Made by a program: the position numbers and the translations under genes
In this document: positions 1 to 13,542 of the stretch, one piece after another
Layout of the letters: each line of letters opens with the position of its first letter
Numbering within the stretch: position 1 is the stretch's first letter
The notes under the pieces: generated by a model
Database searches by the model: none
What the model was told of the DNA's origin: nothing
The model's input: the letters and a program-made list of their open reading frames with translations, nothing else
From: Eledone cirrhosa
Lineage: Eukaryota
Length of the DNA stretch: 64,000 nt
Direction of reading: 5' to 3'
Assembly (NCBI GenBank): GCA_964016885.1
Contig: OZ024742.1
Span: 93,248,001-93,312,000 of the forward strand

Positions 1-171
1 CACACTCAGGCTAGTTAAGGAAGAATACAACGTGTTGGTTTTGTTTTATTTGTCATCCTTTGTCCTTTATATATTTCTGCCACATTGTACTGGCATTCTG
101 AAGTTTTTATCAGTTACTACACACACACATATATATATATGTATATATATATACAGCTGCATGTATATATA

Positions 172-219
<48 letters not shown>

Positions 220-481
220 GCGGCGGTGAATTAGTTTTGCGAGGTTTTTTATATGAAATCGTGTGTCGAAACAAATATTGTTATACTTGGGGAGGGTCAT
301 ATTTGTGTAATATTGCCAGAATTAATAACAGAACACACTCACTGTTTGGTTGGTTTTCGCTTCTCGCTTCTGTGTCTTTTATATCAGTAATCTAACTTAC
401 TCGGTCCTCAATGTTGCCATTAACTTGTTGTTATTGTGCTTGTGTATGTATTTATTTATTTATTTTATTTTATTTACTTAT

Positions 482-822
482 TTATACTTCTCTTAGGTCA
501 GTGTTGTTTGTTTGGGTGTTGTTGTTATTCCATTCATTCTTTCTGTTTAGCCTTGGTCTTCTAATTTCTATTTCACTGGCCTCTCTGATTTGCCTATCTG
601 CTGGGTCATTTCTATGTTTAGATATTATTCTAATTTCTATGTTGTCCATGTTACCGTCATGTTGTTGTCTAGCATGTTCGTATAGTACTGACCCGTTTTT
701 TCGTCCTTTTAGTTCCCCCCAGTGTTGGTCTATCCTTTCACCTATGCTACGAGCTGTCTCACCTACGTATGTTGTTGTCATGTTTCTGCAAGTACCCTCT
801 GTACATCTTATGCTATAGACTA
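482..822 (-). pseudogene. PLE GIY-YIG endonuclease fragment (CCHH-type)
   Basis: Reads VYSIRCTEGTC..TYVGETARS..ERIDQH...LYEH...H...RQIREA.EI...P.LN, the GIY-YIG signature of Penelope-like elements. Confidence 0.85.
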
Positions 823-1027
823 CGCTTTTAGTTTATAAAATAAATAAATAAATAAATACATACACAAGCACAATAACAACAAGCACATAAACACACACTA
901 GTCAACAAAACACTATACACACACGCAAACGCATGCGCAAAGAAGACAAAATAAAATAAACAAACAAGCAAATAAATAAATAAATATATAGACAGACTGA
1001 ATAAAAATGGCGTAGACATACAATATA

Positions 1028-1072
1028 ACACGACTGACGATGTTGCAGATGTGCAACGAAAGATTTATGATA
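1028..1072 (+). ncRNA. Hammerhead ribozyme motif, family A
   Basis: CTGACGA (1034-1040), stem II GTTGCA-gatg-TGCAAC, GAAA (1058-1061), then gattta. Stem I is weak, so it may be decayed. Confidence 0.6.
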
Positions 1073-1272
1073 AACTATATATATGTGTTTGTGTCTATAT
1101 TGTATCTGTATTATTTTTGACCGTCGGTCAGTCAATGGCAACATTGAGGACCGAGTAAGTTAGATTACCGATATAAAAGACACAGAAGCGAGAAGCGAAA
1201 ACCAACCAAACAGTGAGTGTGTTCTGTTATTAATTCTGGCAATATTACACAAATATGACCCTCCCCAAGTAT

Positions 1273-1350
<78 letters not shown>

Positions 1351-1352
<2 letters not shown>

Positions 1353-1570
1353 CAAAGGAATTGTTGGCGTTTATAACATATGTTTATAGTTCTGGTTTTT
1401 TAAACTATGGACTGCTTGCCAGCATGACTCTGAATTTGCGTTACGTTTCGCTTTTTCTACCCGACTAAATGCGATTCTCGCTGAATTTATATTTGTATTA
1501 ATCTCCCGAGTCTTACAATTAACCTGTTAATAATTCTATTGAGAGATTAATTGCATAAGTTTATTTTAAA
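1351..1570. repeat. Unclassified dispersed repeat (second copy ~2988-3115)
   Basis: tttataaca..tgtttatag.tctggttttttaaactatgga...gaatttgcgttacgtttcgc...gcgattctcgctgaatttata occurs twice, each time next to (TA)n. Confidence 0.6.
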
Positions 1571-1873
1571 AACTACCTGGTTGAGTGGTTATTCGATTTG
1601 TGCTATTTATGCAATTTCTTGCATGATTTACACATACTGAATTCATTTGCCAAAATCTGGGGTTTTTCCCCTTGTGAGTTACACATGTGCTTTTACAAAA
1701 CACTACGTCATTCACAACACTGGCACAGAACAAAATACCTGTAGATAACGTGATATTCCTTGTTCGATCATAATACCAAAAGCTTATAGTTTTAAGCAGA
1801 CAATATTATTGATTTAGGTGTCATAGAAACTCTGTATTTGGATTTTACCATCAATTCCAATGGTCCAGGTTTG

Positions 1874-1904
<31 letters not shown>

Positions 1905-1909
<5 letters not shown>

Positions 1910-2856
1910 TACCTGGGTGACAAAATCAGCAGTGGGGGAGGGTGCTCTGAAAGTACAGTAGCTAGAGTCAGAACTGGATGGAAAAAGTTCAGAGTGCTTA
2001 TACCATTATTAACCGCTAAAGGGTTCTCCCTAAAAATGAAAGGCAGACTGTATGATGCCTGCATACAAACAGCAATGTTGCATGGCAGTGAAACCTGGGC
2101 ATTGTGTGCAGAGGATATACGCAGACTAGAGAGGAACGAAGCTTGCATGCTCCGCTGGATGTGTAATAGTAATATACGTGAACGGCAAAGCATAAACGAA
2201 CTAAGGGAAAAATTAGAAATAAGAGGGATCAGATGTTGTTTACTCGAGAGTAGGCTACGTTGGTATGGTCACGTGATGCGCATGAAAGACGACAGCTGTA
2301 TAAAAAAGTGCAGGGCAATAAAGATAGACGGTAGCCACGGAGTAGGCAGACCCAGAAAAACCTGGGACGACCTGATAAATTCCGACCTCACACACTTACA
2401 CCTCTCCAAGACAATGTCACTGGACCGAGATCTTTGGCGGTACTCAGTAATAAAGAAGACCCGCCTTACTTAAATACAAAGTAAAACCTACTACAGCCAG
2501 TAGGCATCTCTAACAAAATACACCCCCGTCCCACCACCCCCACCCCATCCACACTGCCCCCTTTCAATGTAAAGTTATGTTGGTGCCACAACATCCAGGC
2601 CGAAACAAATGAGATCGTGTAGGTGTCACGACAAAAAAACACACAGTCCACGCTGTAATGTGGCCGTGTAGGCAACACGGTAAAAACCTCCCAGTCCCAC
2701 ACTGTAAATGTGGTTGGTGTTAGGAAGGGCATCCAGCTGTAGAAAACCCGCCAGACAATCCTATGCGAGCAAGACAACCACTCTTGCCTCAAGTGGGAAA
2801 ACTCCCGTCCAAACCCATGCAAGCGTGGAACATGGACGTTAAATGATGATGATGAT
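1905..2856 (+). mobile_element. 5'-truncated RTE-clade LINE, family 1
   Basis: ORF C-terminus [53 protein letters not shown] ends at 2473, followed by a ~380-nt 3' UTR and a (GAT)n tail. Confidence 0.92.
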
Positions 2857-3840
2857 ATATATGTATATATATATATTATATCATCAAATATATATATTTT
2901 ATCATTTATTTTGTCTGACCTGTTTAGCTTGACTTGTTTTTTGGCTTAGGTGGTTAATGCCTTCTTGACCGCCTTTTCAGTTTGTATGGCATTTATAACA
3001 TGTTTATAGCTCTGGTTTTTTAAACTATGGAGCACTTGCCAGCGTGACTGTGAATTTGCGTTACGTTTCGCTTTTTCTACCCACCGAAATGCGATTCTCG
3101 CTGAATTTATATTTATATATATATATGTGTATATATATATGACTTGGCAAGCTAATTAGAACACTGGATTAACCCCTTTACTTCCCTCCAAAGAAGAGAT
3201 ATTATCTCGAAAATTAAGGATATTCAAATAAATTTAAGGTAAAAGACTAATTGTCAACAATATCTTTTGCATTTGTATTTATATTCTATATGCATACCTG
3301 CATTGTCTTGACCTTCCAACTCCAAACGTTTATACCTCATTACGACATGCTTCAAGTAAACTACAATTTCCTCCATATATATAGAGAAAGATATATATAT
3401 ATGAAAAAACAAAGTTGTCTCTGATCGAGACAAAATGAGAGTATATTTGAATACATAAAAAAATGAGAAAATATATTGCTAGAACAGCCAGTCCTTGTCC
3501 TCCTCCCCTTTCAATTTTTTCAATATTTCATTTGCCTGTCATCCCCCTTGTGAATTGTCTCTCTGTTGGCCACTGGTCTCTGTCCTCTGAGGCATATTTG
3601 CCCATCACTGTATTTGACAGTTTTTAGCTGTTTCAATGGCTGTTTTGACAATGAGTTTTCTCATCTTTATATGCATACCATAACAGAAGTTCGATGAGTT
3701 TTTGACTCCAGAGTCGGGCATGATCGATACAGATCGAACCTTGAGCTGATCAATCGCAAAATATGCATCACACCTCAATAAATGTAATGGAAATTTAACA
3801 CCTCGTCCATTTTATTATTTAATATATATATATAAACATA

Positions 3841-5524
3841 TGTCATAGTGTGACGAATGATCAGAAAAAGGAGGCCTGGAAATGTCATTATGAGAGACTG
3901 ATGAATGTGGAGAACGATTGAGAGAGAGAGAAATTACCCTTAGTAGATCCGACAGAGGGACCAGCTATTGAGATTGACGAATATAGGGTCCAAGAGGCGA
4001 TTAAGGAAATGAAAAATGGTAAGGCTGCTGGACCATCGGGAATAGTTGCTGAGATGCTGAAGGCATCAGGGGACGTAGGCACTAAACTGGTTGCAGGCAT
4101 CATCAATCAGGCTATATATGGTGGTGTTATACCCAAAGACTGGTGCAGCAGTATTCTCATAAATTGCTACAAAGGTAAAGGTGATGCTCTGGAGAGGAGC
4201 AATTATAGGGGTATAACACTGATGGATCAGGTTATGAAAGTGGCAGAAAGGATATTAGCACAACTAATTAGAGAAAGGGTCAAACTAGATGAGATGCAGT
4301 TTGGTTTTGTGCCTGGGAAGAGTACAACAGATGCCCTCTTTTTGGTGAGACAATTGCAAGAGAGGTTCTTAGAGAAAAATAAGCCACTATACTTAGCCTT
4401 TGTTGACCTAGAGAAGGCCTTTGATAGGGTACCCCGATCTGTCATCTGGTGGTCACTAAGGAAGCTATGTGTTGAGGAATGGCTTGTGAGGACAGTGCAA
4501 ACTTTGTACAGAGGTACTCTCAGTAAAGTCAGGGTAGGAATGGAGTTTAGTGAGGAATTCCAGATACAAGTAGGAGTACATCAAGGTTCGGTCCTCAGCC
4601 CGCTCTTGTTCATTATAGTCCTCCAAGCCATAACAGAGGAGTTTAAGACTGGCTGTCCATAGGAACTTCTCTATGCTGATGATCTGGTTCTTATAGCAGA
4701 ATCAGTAGAGGAGCTAGTGAATAAATTCTATAAAATGCACACAATGCAGATCCTGGGTACACAAGAGATGTAGCAGGATAGCAGGCAAACTAATAGGTAG
4801 GGAGAAATATGTATGCAGTAGATGTACAGGGAAATTAGACAGTAGAAGTCGCATTGATAGACACATTTTTCAAATGCAGGAGGGCGCTATAGAAGTGGTG
4901 GATAGTTTCCGGTACCTAGGAGATCAGATTAGCATGGGAGGAGGGTGTTCCGAGGCCAGAGTGTCTAGAATAAGGACGGGTTGGAAGAAGTTTAAGGAGC
5001 TGCTTCCTCTGCTGACGAAGAAGGGTTTCTCCCTGCGTACGAAAGGCCGGTTGTATGATGCCTGTGTGAGGAGCGCAATGCTGCATGGTAGTGAGACATG
5101 GGCAGCAACTGCAGAGGATATGCGACGGCTGGAGAGAAATGAGGCAAGCATGCTCCGTTGGATGTGCAGTGTAAATGTGCATGAACGACCCAGCATGAAT
5201 GTGTTGAGAGAGAAACTGTGTCTGAGAGGGATAGAATGTAGTGTACGGGAGAGGAGACAGAGGTGGTATGGACATGTGATGCGCATGGAGGATGACTGAT
5301 GGGTGAAGAAGTGCCAGGAAATGCCAGTTGAAGGAAGACGTGGTAGAGGTAGACCATGAAAAACATGGGCGGAGGTGGTGAGAACAGACCTCAGATCGTT
5401 GAAGATCACGGTGGAGATGACGAAGGACCGTGACGAGTGGAGAGATGCTGTGCTGAATAAGACCCGTCCCACCCTTGCAAGCAGGGAAAAGCGGACGTAA
5501 AATGATGATGATGATGATGATGAT
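3841..5524 (+). mobile_element. 5'-truncated RTE-clade LINE, family 2 (RT pseudogene)
   Basis: RT motifs KAAGPSG, KGKGD..NYRGI, QFGF, AFVDLEKAFDRVP, GVHQGSVLSPLLF. Premature TAG at 4660-4662, then LLYADDL (YADD 4672-4683). Internal deletion near 4730, further stops, (GAT)n tail. Confidence 0.95.
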
Positions 5525-5924
5525 TATATATATATATATATATATTGATAGTCTGAAGTACTGGGATATATATATATATATGTATATGCTTATGCTTGTG
5601 TGCACATGCTCACACTCACACATTTACCTGTGTGATCATGTGTGTGTTTGTGGTCATCACCTATAATTACAGAAGCCAGTAAATTTATTCAGTTATAGTA
5701 GCAAAGCTGCCAATTTTACCATGCTAAACTTTTAGATTACAACTTGCAGCCAAGTGTTATTAATCAGGTTTGCTGAGGTTTATGATTTAAGCATTCCAAT
5801 CTTGTTACCTGCTCATTAAATAGTTACATAAAGTAGGGAATGGATGGCACCTGGAGCTAGGGCAAGGCTTAAACAACAGACATTCTTCAACTTAATATAT
5901 TGTGAAAAGAAAACAACATAGATG

Positions 5925-5984
<60 letters not shown>

Positions 5985-6479
5985 ACTATTTATTTTTTCT
6001 TTTCATTCACTCTCATTCTCAGTCTCCATATCTTGCTTTATACACCACACACACATGCACACACACACACGTGTGTGTGTGTGGTGTATTAGCAGTAGCA
6101 CTAACACAGTTTGGTTCATAATAGAAAGGTATATGAAGGCATATAAATATGTTTATATATCATATAAGAGTCTTCCTATGAATGTTTTTATCAAATCACA
6201 GCTATCTCAGTAGTCATGAGAGAATGTCAAACATGTGGTTTTTGGATCTTTGTTCATCATCAGTGACATTATCTAATCACTCAGTACTGAGACAAGAATA
6301 CTTATATATGATAACTTATATACTATATAAAAATTAGCTTATTCCTTCATCTACACCTCTGGTATACACACAGAGACACACATATATATATATATAATTT
6401 AACCCATGGAAAAATAAATGGTGATGTGTATATATATATATACACACACACATACACCATCATACATACAAACAAACAA

Positions 6480-7350
6480 CAGGTCTACCCATGGGGTCCA
6501 GTCTTTTAGGCCTACTGGCCATCACTTATATGAACCAGCAACAATGTCAAGCGCTCAATACCTGCTGCTCCATGCCTTCTTCACACAATACATAGATGAT
6601 ATACTCGTCCTCACATCTTGTGAAGTGCCGACATAATATCCCCAGCATTCTCAAACATAGATAACAACCTAAGATACCCCATAGAACATCCCGATATAAA
6701 TGGTTCCCTATCCCTGCTGGACTTCCAACATAGAATAACAGAAGCAGGTGCTATATACACCAACTTCTATTGGAAAACCACCACCAGAGATCTGTTCGTG
6801 CATTATAGATTAGCCCTCCCTCTTGGTGCTAAAATCGGATATATAAGAAATGAACTTATGCATATCCAGAGTAAATGCAGTAAGATGGAGGACCAGATCA
6901 CACAGACTGCACACTTTATGGATATAGTGAAGACGAACGAATACCCAGCATCCACATAATTGTCTTAGGAATCGAAGGTGCCACAGGCATGAGAACTCCT
7001 CTAATACCTGCTTTATGAAATTACCACACTTCAGTGAAAATATAACCACAGCAATCTTCAGAACCATCCACAAGGAAAGACTAGACCTACAATTAGCTCA
7101 CTCCACCCTTTCACTGCAATGATACCTATCTAAAAAGTGCTCCAGTGAAAACAACAACCAATGCATGCTGATTAACTTCTCTATGTATGATACAGGTGTG
7201 TGCCAGCAGACACATGTGGTATACAGGATTGAATGCAACAAATGCAAGGAATTCTACATTGGTAGTATGACTCAACCACTCAATACCTACATTAAAGAAC
7301 ACCTCAACACACACGCATCCTCATTCAAAAAACACATTGACAAAGTTGAT
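6480..7350 (+). pseudogene. Decayed Penelope-like RT plus GIY-YIG fragment
   Basis: QYIDDILV (~6585-6610), GSLSLLDF and KPPPE-like segments, then VVYRIECNKCKEFYIG..Q.L...IKEH. Multiple frameshifts and stops. Confidence 0.75.
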
Positions 7351-7708
7351 GTAATTAGTTTTGAAAATTTATTTAGATGTTTATTTAAATGTTAGTAATA
7401 GAAGAGGTGGAGGGAAAACTCCACTCTGTTGAAGATTACTGGAGGATTGGAGTAGGGACAATTATGTGTATGAACTCATTAATTCAATTTAGAATAAATA
7501 ACCCCACATGTTATAAGAAGTGACTAAAGAGTTTGGTACCATGAAGAGCATCTGGTTGTAAACCTTGGACTAAAAATGACTAAATGTGCTGTATTGTTGT
7601 ATATCGTTAATCATTGTGTGTGTAGAGGACAGTTATTCCAAGTGTCTATATGTGTATATGTATATAGTGTATCAGTGTGTGTGTGCTTGATAATAATATT
7701 TGTTTTTA

Positions 7709-7884
7709 CTTTTGGCACAAGGCCAGCAATTACCCCAGTGCATTACTGGTACTTTATTTTATCGATCCTGTAAGGATGAAAGACAAAGTTAACCTCGGCA
7801 GGATTTGAACTCAGATCGTAAAGGGATGTATCTCTATGCTGCAAAGCATGGCATCCAACCCTCTACTGATACTGCCAATCCACC
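7709..7884 (-). mobile_element. tRNA-related SINE with Nin-domain-like core
   Basis: Reverse complement has B-box-like gagttcaaatcc and gtctttcatccttacaggatcgataaaataaagtaccag. Same family at 17550-17662, 57220-57397 and 63697-63884. Confidence 0.75.
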
Positions 7885-8409
7885 ATGCTTGATATGCAGG
7901 TGAGAAATACGAGCTGAAACTGAATTTTATAACTGTATAAATTGGTTACCATGTAGAAACTATAAATATACATAGTCAGTGGGATATCCTGAACATTTTA
8001 TTGGATGAAGGTAGAGCTGAGGAGGAAAATGGTGGTGGTGGTATTGTGACCTTGTGCAGGCCTTAATGAACATAGGTGAAATTTTGATCTTTCACCAGGT
8101 ATTCACTGGCTTTATTTGGACCAGTGAGACCCTTGCATTCTGTTAGTTATTTTGTTTATATAAAACTGAACCCAATGTGCTTCAGTCTCTTTTCAACCAG
8201 AACATAAAAGAAACATATAGAACAGAACTAACTGTTTGTCCAATACTATTTGCAGCTGTCATGAATAACAGGATATGTTTAAGCTGAATAAGAAATCAAT
8301 TCATCAGATTACAAACAAGTTTTTTGTTTTCATTTTGGTACATTTTCAGCAACATTTTTCTGTTTAGACTATACATAGACCCAAGGAGGAACTTTAACAT
8401 GAACAAATG

Positions 8410-8464
<55 letters not shown>

Positions 8465-9728
8465 CTTTTCTACAACAAATGTCTCATTCAACTGACTTTA
8501 TAAACATAATACTTTTCTTACAAAGTATCTGATATAAACCTTGTTTTTATTAATGCTGTAATTTATCGCATCAACAATTTTAGTGGAGAATATAGTCAAT
8601 TTACCCAGCACATTATTGGTACTTATTTTATTGATCTTCTATGTGTGAAAATCAAAATCAACTCAAGAATGTATACAGGATATAGAATAATATAACTAAA
8701 TTAAGACCCCCTTAGGAATGATATTAATAAAATTAGTTAAACAGGCTGACTATATTAGTGGGCAGACTCAGAAAATAGCTTCAGATCATCATTTACATCT
8801 GAACCACATTCCTAGAAATGACCATACTTTACTCTAGCTATTTAGCTCATGGTTAACCCTGACTGAGTAAACCTATGTTCAAAGATGTCCCAAGCATGAT
8901 CATCTTGTTTTTTTTACAAAGTGGTTGATGTTGGGATGGGCATCCAACTATATTAATATGTCAAAAATAGAATGTATATATCTAAAAGGAGAGTAACTTT
9001 AAATAGAACAGACATGGATCATGATGACCTAACCAATCCATCTCAGCACTGGACATAATATGATAAGGATGATAATGGTGATGCATATAGGTCTATCTAA
9101 TGTCTTTTGAATTAATGTTATTTACCCCAGCTCTGGCCTGAAATAGCAGCACTTTGGTCAAAGACTTTCCAGCAATAAGCCATCAACAATATCTCACTTT
9201 TGTATTCAGAAATAATATATCTCAAACTCCATTACACAATTTACAGTTACTTTTTTAAAGATGGCAAGGTATGCTTTGAAGGAAATTTGGCTGCTAAGTC
9301 TACACCGTCAATTGACTACACAGACAATCAGTCATTGGATCACCATAACTATATCAAGAATACTGAGTGGAACAAAGCTCCTGAATATGTGTCCCTCTGG
9401 CGAAAGGGTTGATTCAAAATATTAAGCTCTTCATCTCATAGCACAACTACATCATTATACTCAATGTCAGTTTTCATTACTTGTGTCATAGAGAGTTAAT
9501 TCCTTTAACCAAAGATGGTGTGCTGTGCATGTGGTCTGAGATGAAACATCAATCCTTTGTCAGTCAGTTTTACTTCTATGACTGTATAGCTGACAGGTTT
9601 ATGAGTCAGTTTCTGGTTTTGGGTTTTTCTATTTATTACCGGGTTCACATCAATCCAAGTGTATGCTAAAGTCTATTAAATAATAATTCAATTACCCCCC
9701 CCCCCCATATATATATATATACATATAC

Positions 9729-9772
<44 letters not shown>

Positions 9773-10513
9773 AGATTTGAATGGATACAGTTTAGTTGAA
9801 AGGAATTTATTGACACGTGTTTCTATAACAGTTACATAACCTAAAACAGCTATCTACAAACTTTTAGTTATGCAGACATTCAATATTTCAATGTTATTAT
9901 TTACTGTCATTTCATCAGAATAATATTACTGAGGACCTATTTAGTTTTTATAGAGAATATTAGGAGGAAGGGGTGAAGTTGTTAGAAGAATAGTTGAAGG
10001 AGTGGTTTTTCGATAGCAGTGAGAATTCTTGGTGGCAGTGATTAATTAGATTCCCATCTGTTGTTTTGACATTTTTTATAGAATATATTATTGGTTATTT
10101 TTCTAAATCTATAGAAGGATTAGAGATAGTAAAGATATGCGTGGTTGGTTTTGTGTTTGCACTTAACATTCAGACTTCAATTTTTCTTTCAAGTGTACGT
10201 ATTCTTTCACCCACGCATTCACACACAAATATATTTGCACACCTCTACAAAATACATATACTCACAATTCACATATTCATACTTACATATATATACACAT
10301 GCATACACATATATATACACACATGTATTCATGTACATACATACGCGCTCATGTGTATACATTTTCATACTCAACTTATCTTTATATATACACACGTATA
10401 GACACACACATATATACATACATACTCTAGTCCATGTGTACACACATACACATACATACACATCCATATACACATACATACATACACATATATATATACA
10501 TATATACATATAC

Positions 10514-10546
<33 letters not shown>

Positions 10547-10569
10547 CACATACATATATACACACATAT

Positions 10570-10602
<33 letters not shown>

Positions 10603-10871
10603 AGCACTTTAATACATGAATACACTTACATCTAACTATACACATCAAACATATATATATATTTACTTATTTATATACATTTTCACATATATATACATAC
10701 TTATGGACGTTTTTAGACACATTCATTATCGCATATTTGTACCTATTCTCATCAGCATATCTTTTCATTATTAGTATGGTAATTTAAGGTTATTAATATA
10801 TGTTGAAAAGAGATTGTTTTTATATTTTTCTAACTAGATTAAGGTTTATATAGTTGGGGGATGTCCCTCTT

Positions 10872-11570
10872 TTATGTAATATTCGGCTTGTAGTGGGAAA
10901 AAAGGGTTTTAGTTCTGTGACGGCAGAATAATGTTCGTTCAATTCTGTTATTCAGCAGTTTCTTCTTGTGTGTGATTATGTAATAAATCTCAAGATTACA
11001 CAATTTGCAGAAATTTTGGCTCCTGGAAAAGCTTTGGGTTTTAGCTAATTTTTCCCATTTTAGGGTAAACTTTTGATTGCTATCCCTGAGCGTCCAAGCT
11101 TTCTCTGCTAAAGTTGTTACATTTCTTTGGCTCTGGTGTTTTATTGAGTAAGAATGCCTATACAATCGAGATTTAAACGATGTTGCCGTTGATCCCACGT
11201 AATACCACTCGTTGCCTCCGGATTTAATGGTACACTTATAAATAATATTTTTTTCCAGGCAGTTATTGCCGAGGGGGCAGTTGTCAGGATAGGTGCAGTT
11301 ACAGTTGTGTACGTTGGGTTTTCTCTGGAGTAGTATTGCGGACGAACTTAGGTGTGGTTTATTTATGTTCTGTAGTGTATTGTCTACTGTTTTTGGGGGG
11401 TTCTTTGTACTTAAGTTCTTAGTGTTTTCGTTTAACCTTCTAGTATTGATCTTTTTTATGTGTTGTTCAAGGTTTAACGCTGTAGAGTATGACAGTCTTA
11501 TAGTGGTAGGGTTTAGGATTTTGTGGTATTTGTGTGATGTGGGAAAATGTCTTTTAATTATTTTAAACTT
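10872..11570 (-). pseudogene. PLE linker zinc finger plus GIY-YIG endonuclease (5'-truncated, open frame)
   Basis: CNCTYPDNCPLGNNC (CxCx5Cx5C), NIIYKC..YYVGST..FKSRLYRH, and C-terminal CKLC..E..LLNNR..CRH. Confidence 0.9.
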
Positions 11571-12049
11571 ATCTTTATATATACGTGTGTATATATAAAG
11601 ATAAGTTGAGTATGAAAATGTATACACATGAGCGCGTATGTATGTACATGAATACATGTGTGTATATATATGTGTATGCATGTGTATATATATGTAAGTA
11701 TGAATATGTGAATTGTGAGTATATGTATTTTGTAGAGGTGTGCAAATATATTTGTATGTGAATGCGTGGGTGAAAGAATACGTACACTTGAAAGAAAAAT
11801 TGAAGTCTGAATGTTAAGTGCAAACACAAAACCAACCACGCATATCTTTACTATCTCTAATCCTTCTATAGATTTAGAAAAATAACCAATAATATATTCT
11901 ATAAAAAATGTCAAAACAACAGATGGGAATCTAATTAATCACTGCCACCAAGAATTCTCACTGCTATCGAAAAACCACTCCTTCAACTATTCTTCTAACA
12001 ACTTCACCCCTTCCTCCTAATATTCTCTATAAAAACTAAATAGGTCCTC

Positions 12050-12107
12050 AGTAATATTATTCTGATGAAATGACAGTAAATAATAACATTGAAATATTGA
12101 ATGTCTG
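12050..12107 (+). ncRNA. Hammerhead-like motif, family B (mirror copy ~9873-9930, minus)
   Basis: CTGATGA (12062-12068), AATG..CATT stem II, GAAA (12091-12094), palindromic aatatt. The cleavage triplet is ambiguous and may be non-cleavable UG. Confidence 0.55.
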
Positions 12108-12573
12108 CATAACTAAAAGTTTGTAGATAGCTGTTTTAGGTTATGTAACTGTTATAGAAACACGTGTCAATAAATTCCTTTCAACTAAACTGTATCCATT
12201 CAAATCTTTCTATTTTTCTCCGGATTACTTTTGGAACTACAACTGGAACCGTCGAGCAAACTCTACGTGAGCTGATAATCTACTGTGTGTAATATTTATA
12301 TTACAACACAACGGAAAATACTGTATATATATATATATATATACGATATTAAACAAATGGAAACTATATTTATAAAACCATATTTATTTCATTATATATA
12401 TTTCAGGGATATCATATTAAAAATATGGTATGCCTTCCTCAGACAAAATACAATATATAAACCGTTTTATAAATAAATTTGACATACCTTAAACAGTGCA
12501 ACTTCCATTTAAAAAGTTGATTTGGTAGTGAGAATGTTGAGGACAGTTAGAAAAAAAAAAAAAAAATGAAAAC

Positions 12574-13542
12574 TTGAATTATGTCAGTTTTAGCTCTAAT
12601 CACACCAGATCTGTCAAAAATACTATAGTGAACTCTGTTCAAAAACGTATCTCTAGAATCTCATCTAATAAAAATATTTTCGACGAAAAAGCCCAGTATT
12701 ACAATGAAGCGTTAGCTAGAGCAGGATATAGTGATAAAATTATGTACATCGATAATAGACAAACTAACCAAAATAACAACAATTTTAATTACGGTAACAA
12801 CTTTAACAACTATAATAGAAAGCATTACAATAATTCCAAAAACCAGAAAAGAAATAGAACTAGAAATATAATATGGTTTGCCCCCCCTTTTTCACTAAAC
12901 ATTAAAACCCACATCGCTAAACTATTTTTTAATGCTCTTGACAAACGCTTCCCTAGAACACATAAGTATCACTCAATTTTCAATAGACATACTATAAAAT
13001 TAACATACTCGTCCACCAAAAATTTAGCACAAAATATTAATAGAATAAATAATAGGAATCTAAAACCTAGCCAAAATACCGAAAATAGCCTAAACAATAT
13101 TCAAGTAAACAACTGTAACTGTAGAGATAGATCAAAATGTCCGCTAAATAACAATTGCTTAGTTAAAAATATAATATACAACTGTAATGTTAAAACTGAC
13201 TTAAATTATTTTAATTATGTTGGCTCCACCTCGACTGAATTTAAACTTCGCTATAATAATCACAAGAATTCTTTCACGGATCCAAATAAAAAATCTTCAA
13301 CATCACTATCAGGCTTACTCTGGCAACTTAAACATGATAACGTTGGATATTCGATGGTTTGGAATATAGTCTCAAAAGGGATTCCTTTTAATTCCTTTTC
13401 TGAGACATGTGACCTCTGCGCGGAGGAGATATTCTTTATACTAAAATCTAAAAATTCCCTTAATTTACGGACCAATTTATTCAGCTGCTGCAGACATAGA
13501 TTGAACTCAACTTTTAAATATACATATAAATTTAAAATGTAG
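12574..13542 (+). pseudogene. PLE RT thumb, linker and GIY-YIG endonuclease (5'-truncated, open frame)
   Basis: RISRISSNK..YNEAL..AGY, RNIIWFAPPFS, KYHSIFNRHTIKLTYS, CNCRDRSKCPLNNNC, NIIY..YVGST..FKLRYNNH, CDLCAEE..LN.R..CRH. Confidence 0.92.

Larger units (their letters stand above)
275..1280 (-). mobile_element. Truncated Penelope-like retroelement with inverted pseudo-LTR arms
   Basis: 275-421 is the reverse complement of ~1134-1280, and 424-475 of ~835-885. The arms enclose a GIY-YIG ORF. The right arm carries an HHR core and is followed by (TA)n. Confidence 0.8.
9769..12323 (-). mobile_element. Penelope-like element (probably Naiad-type) with ~630-bp near-identical inverted arms
   Basis: 9769-10400 is the reverse complement of 11580-12212. 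The arms enclose a GIY-YIG ORF, each carries an HHR core, and both ends abut (TA)n. Confidence 0.88.

Noticed and set aside
60-105. TGCCA/TGGCA stem followed by GAAATATATA on the minus strand
   Set aside because: The CTGANGA half is not intact, so it was not counted as a ribozyme.
1430-1490. Hammerhead-like gcgagaa..gcgaaacgtaacg on the minus strand (also ~3050-3110)
   Set aside because: Core positions 3-4 are wrong and no stem I forms. At best a decayed relic.
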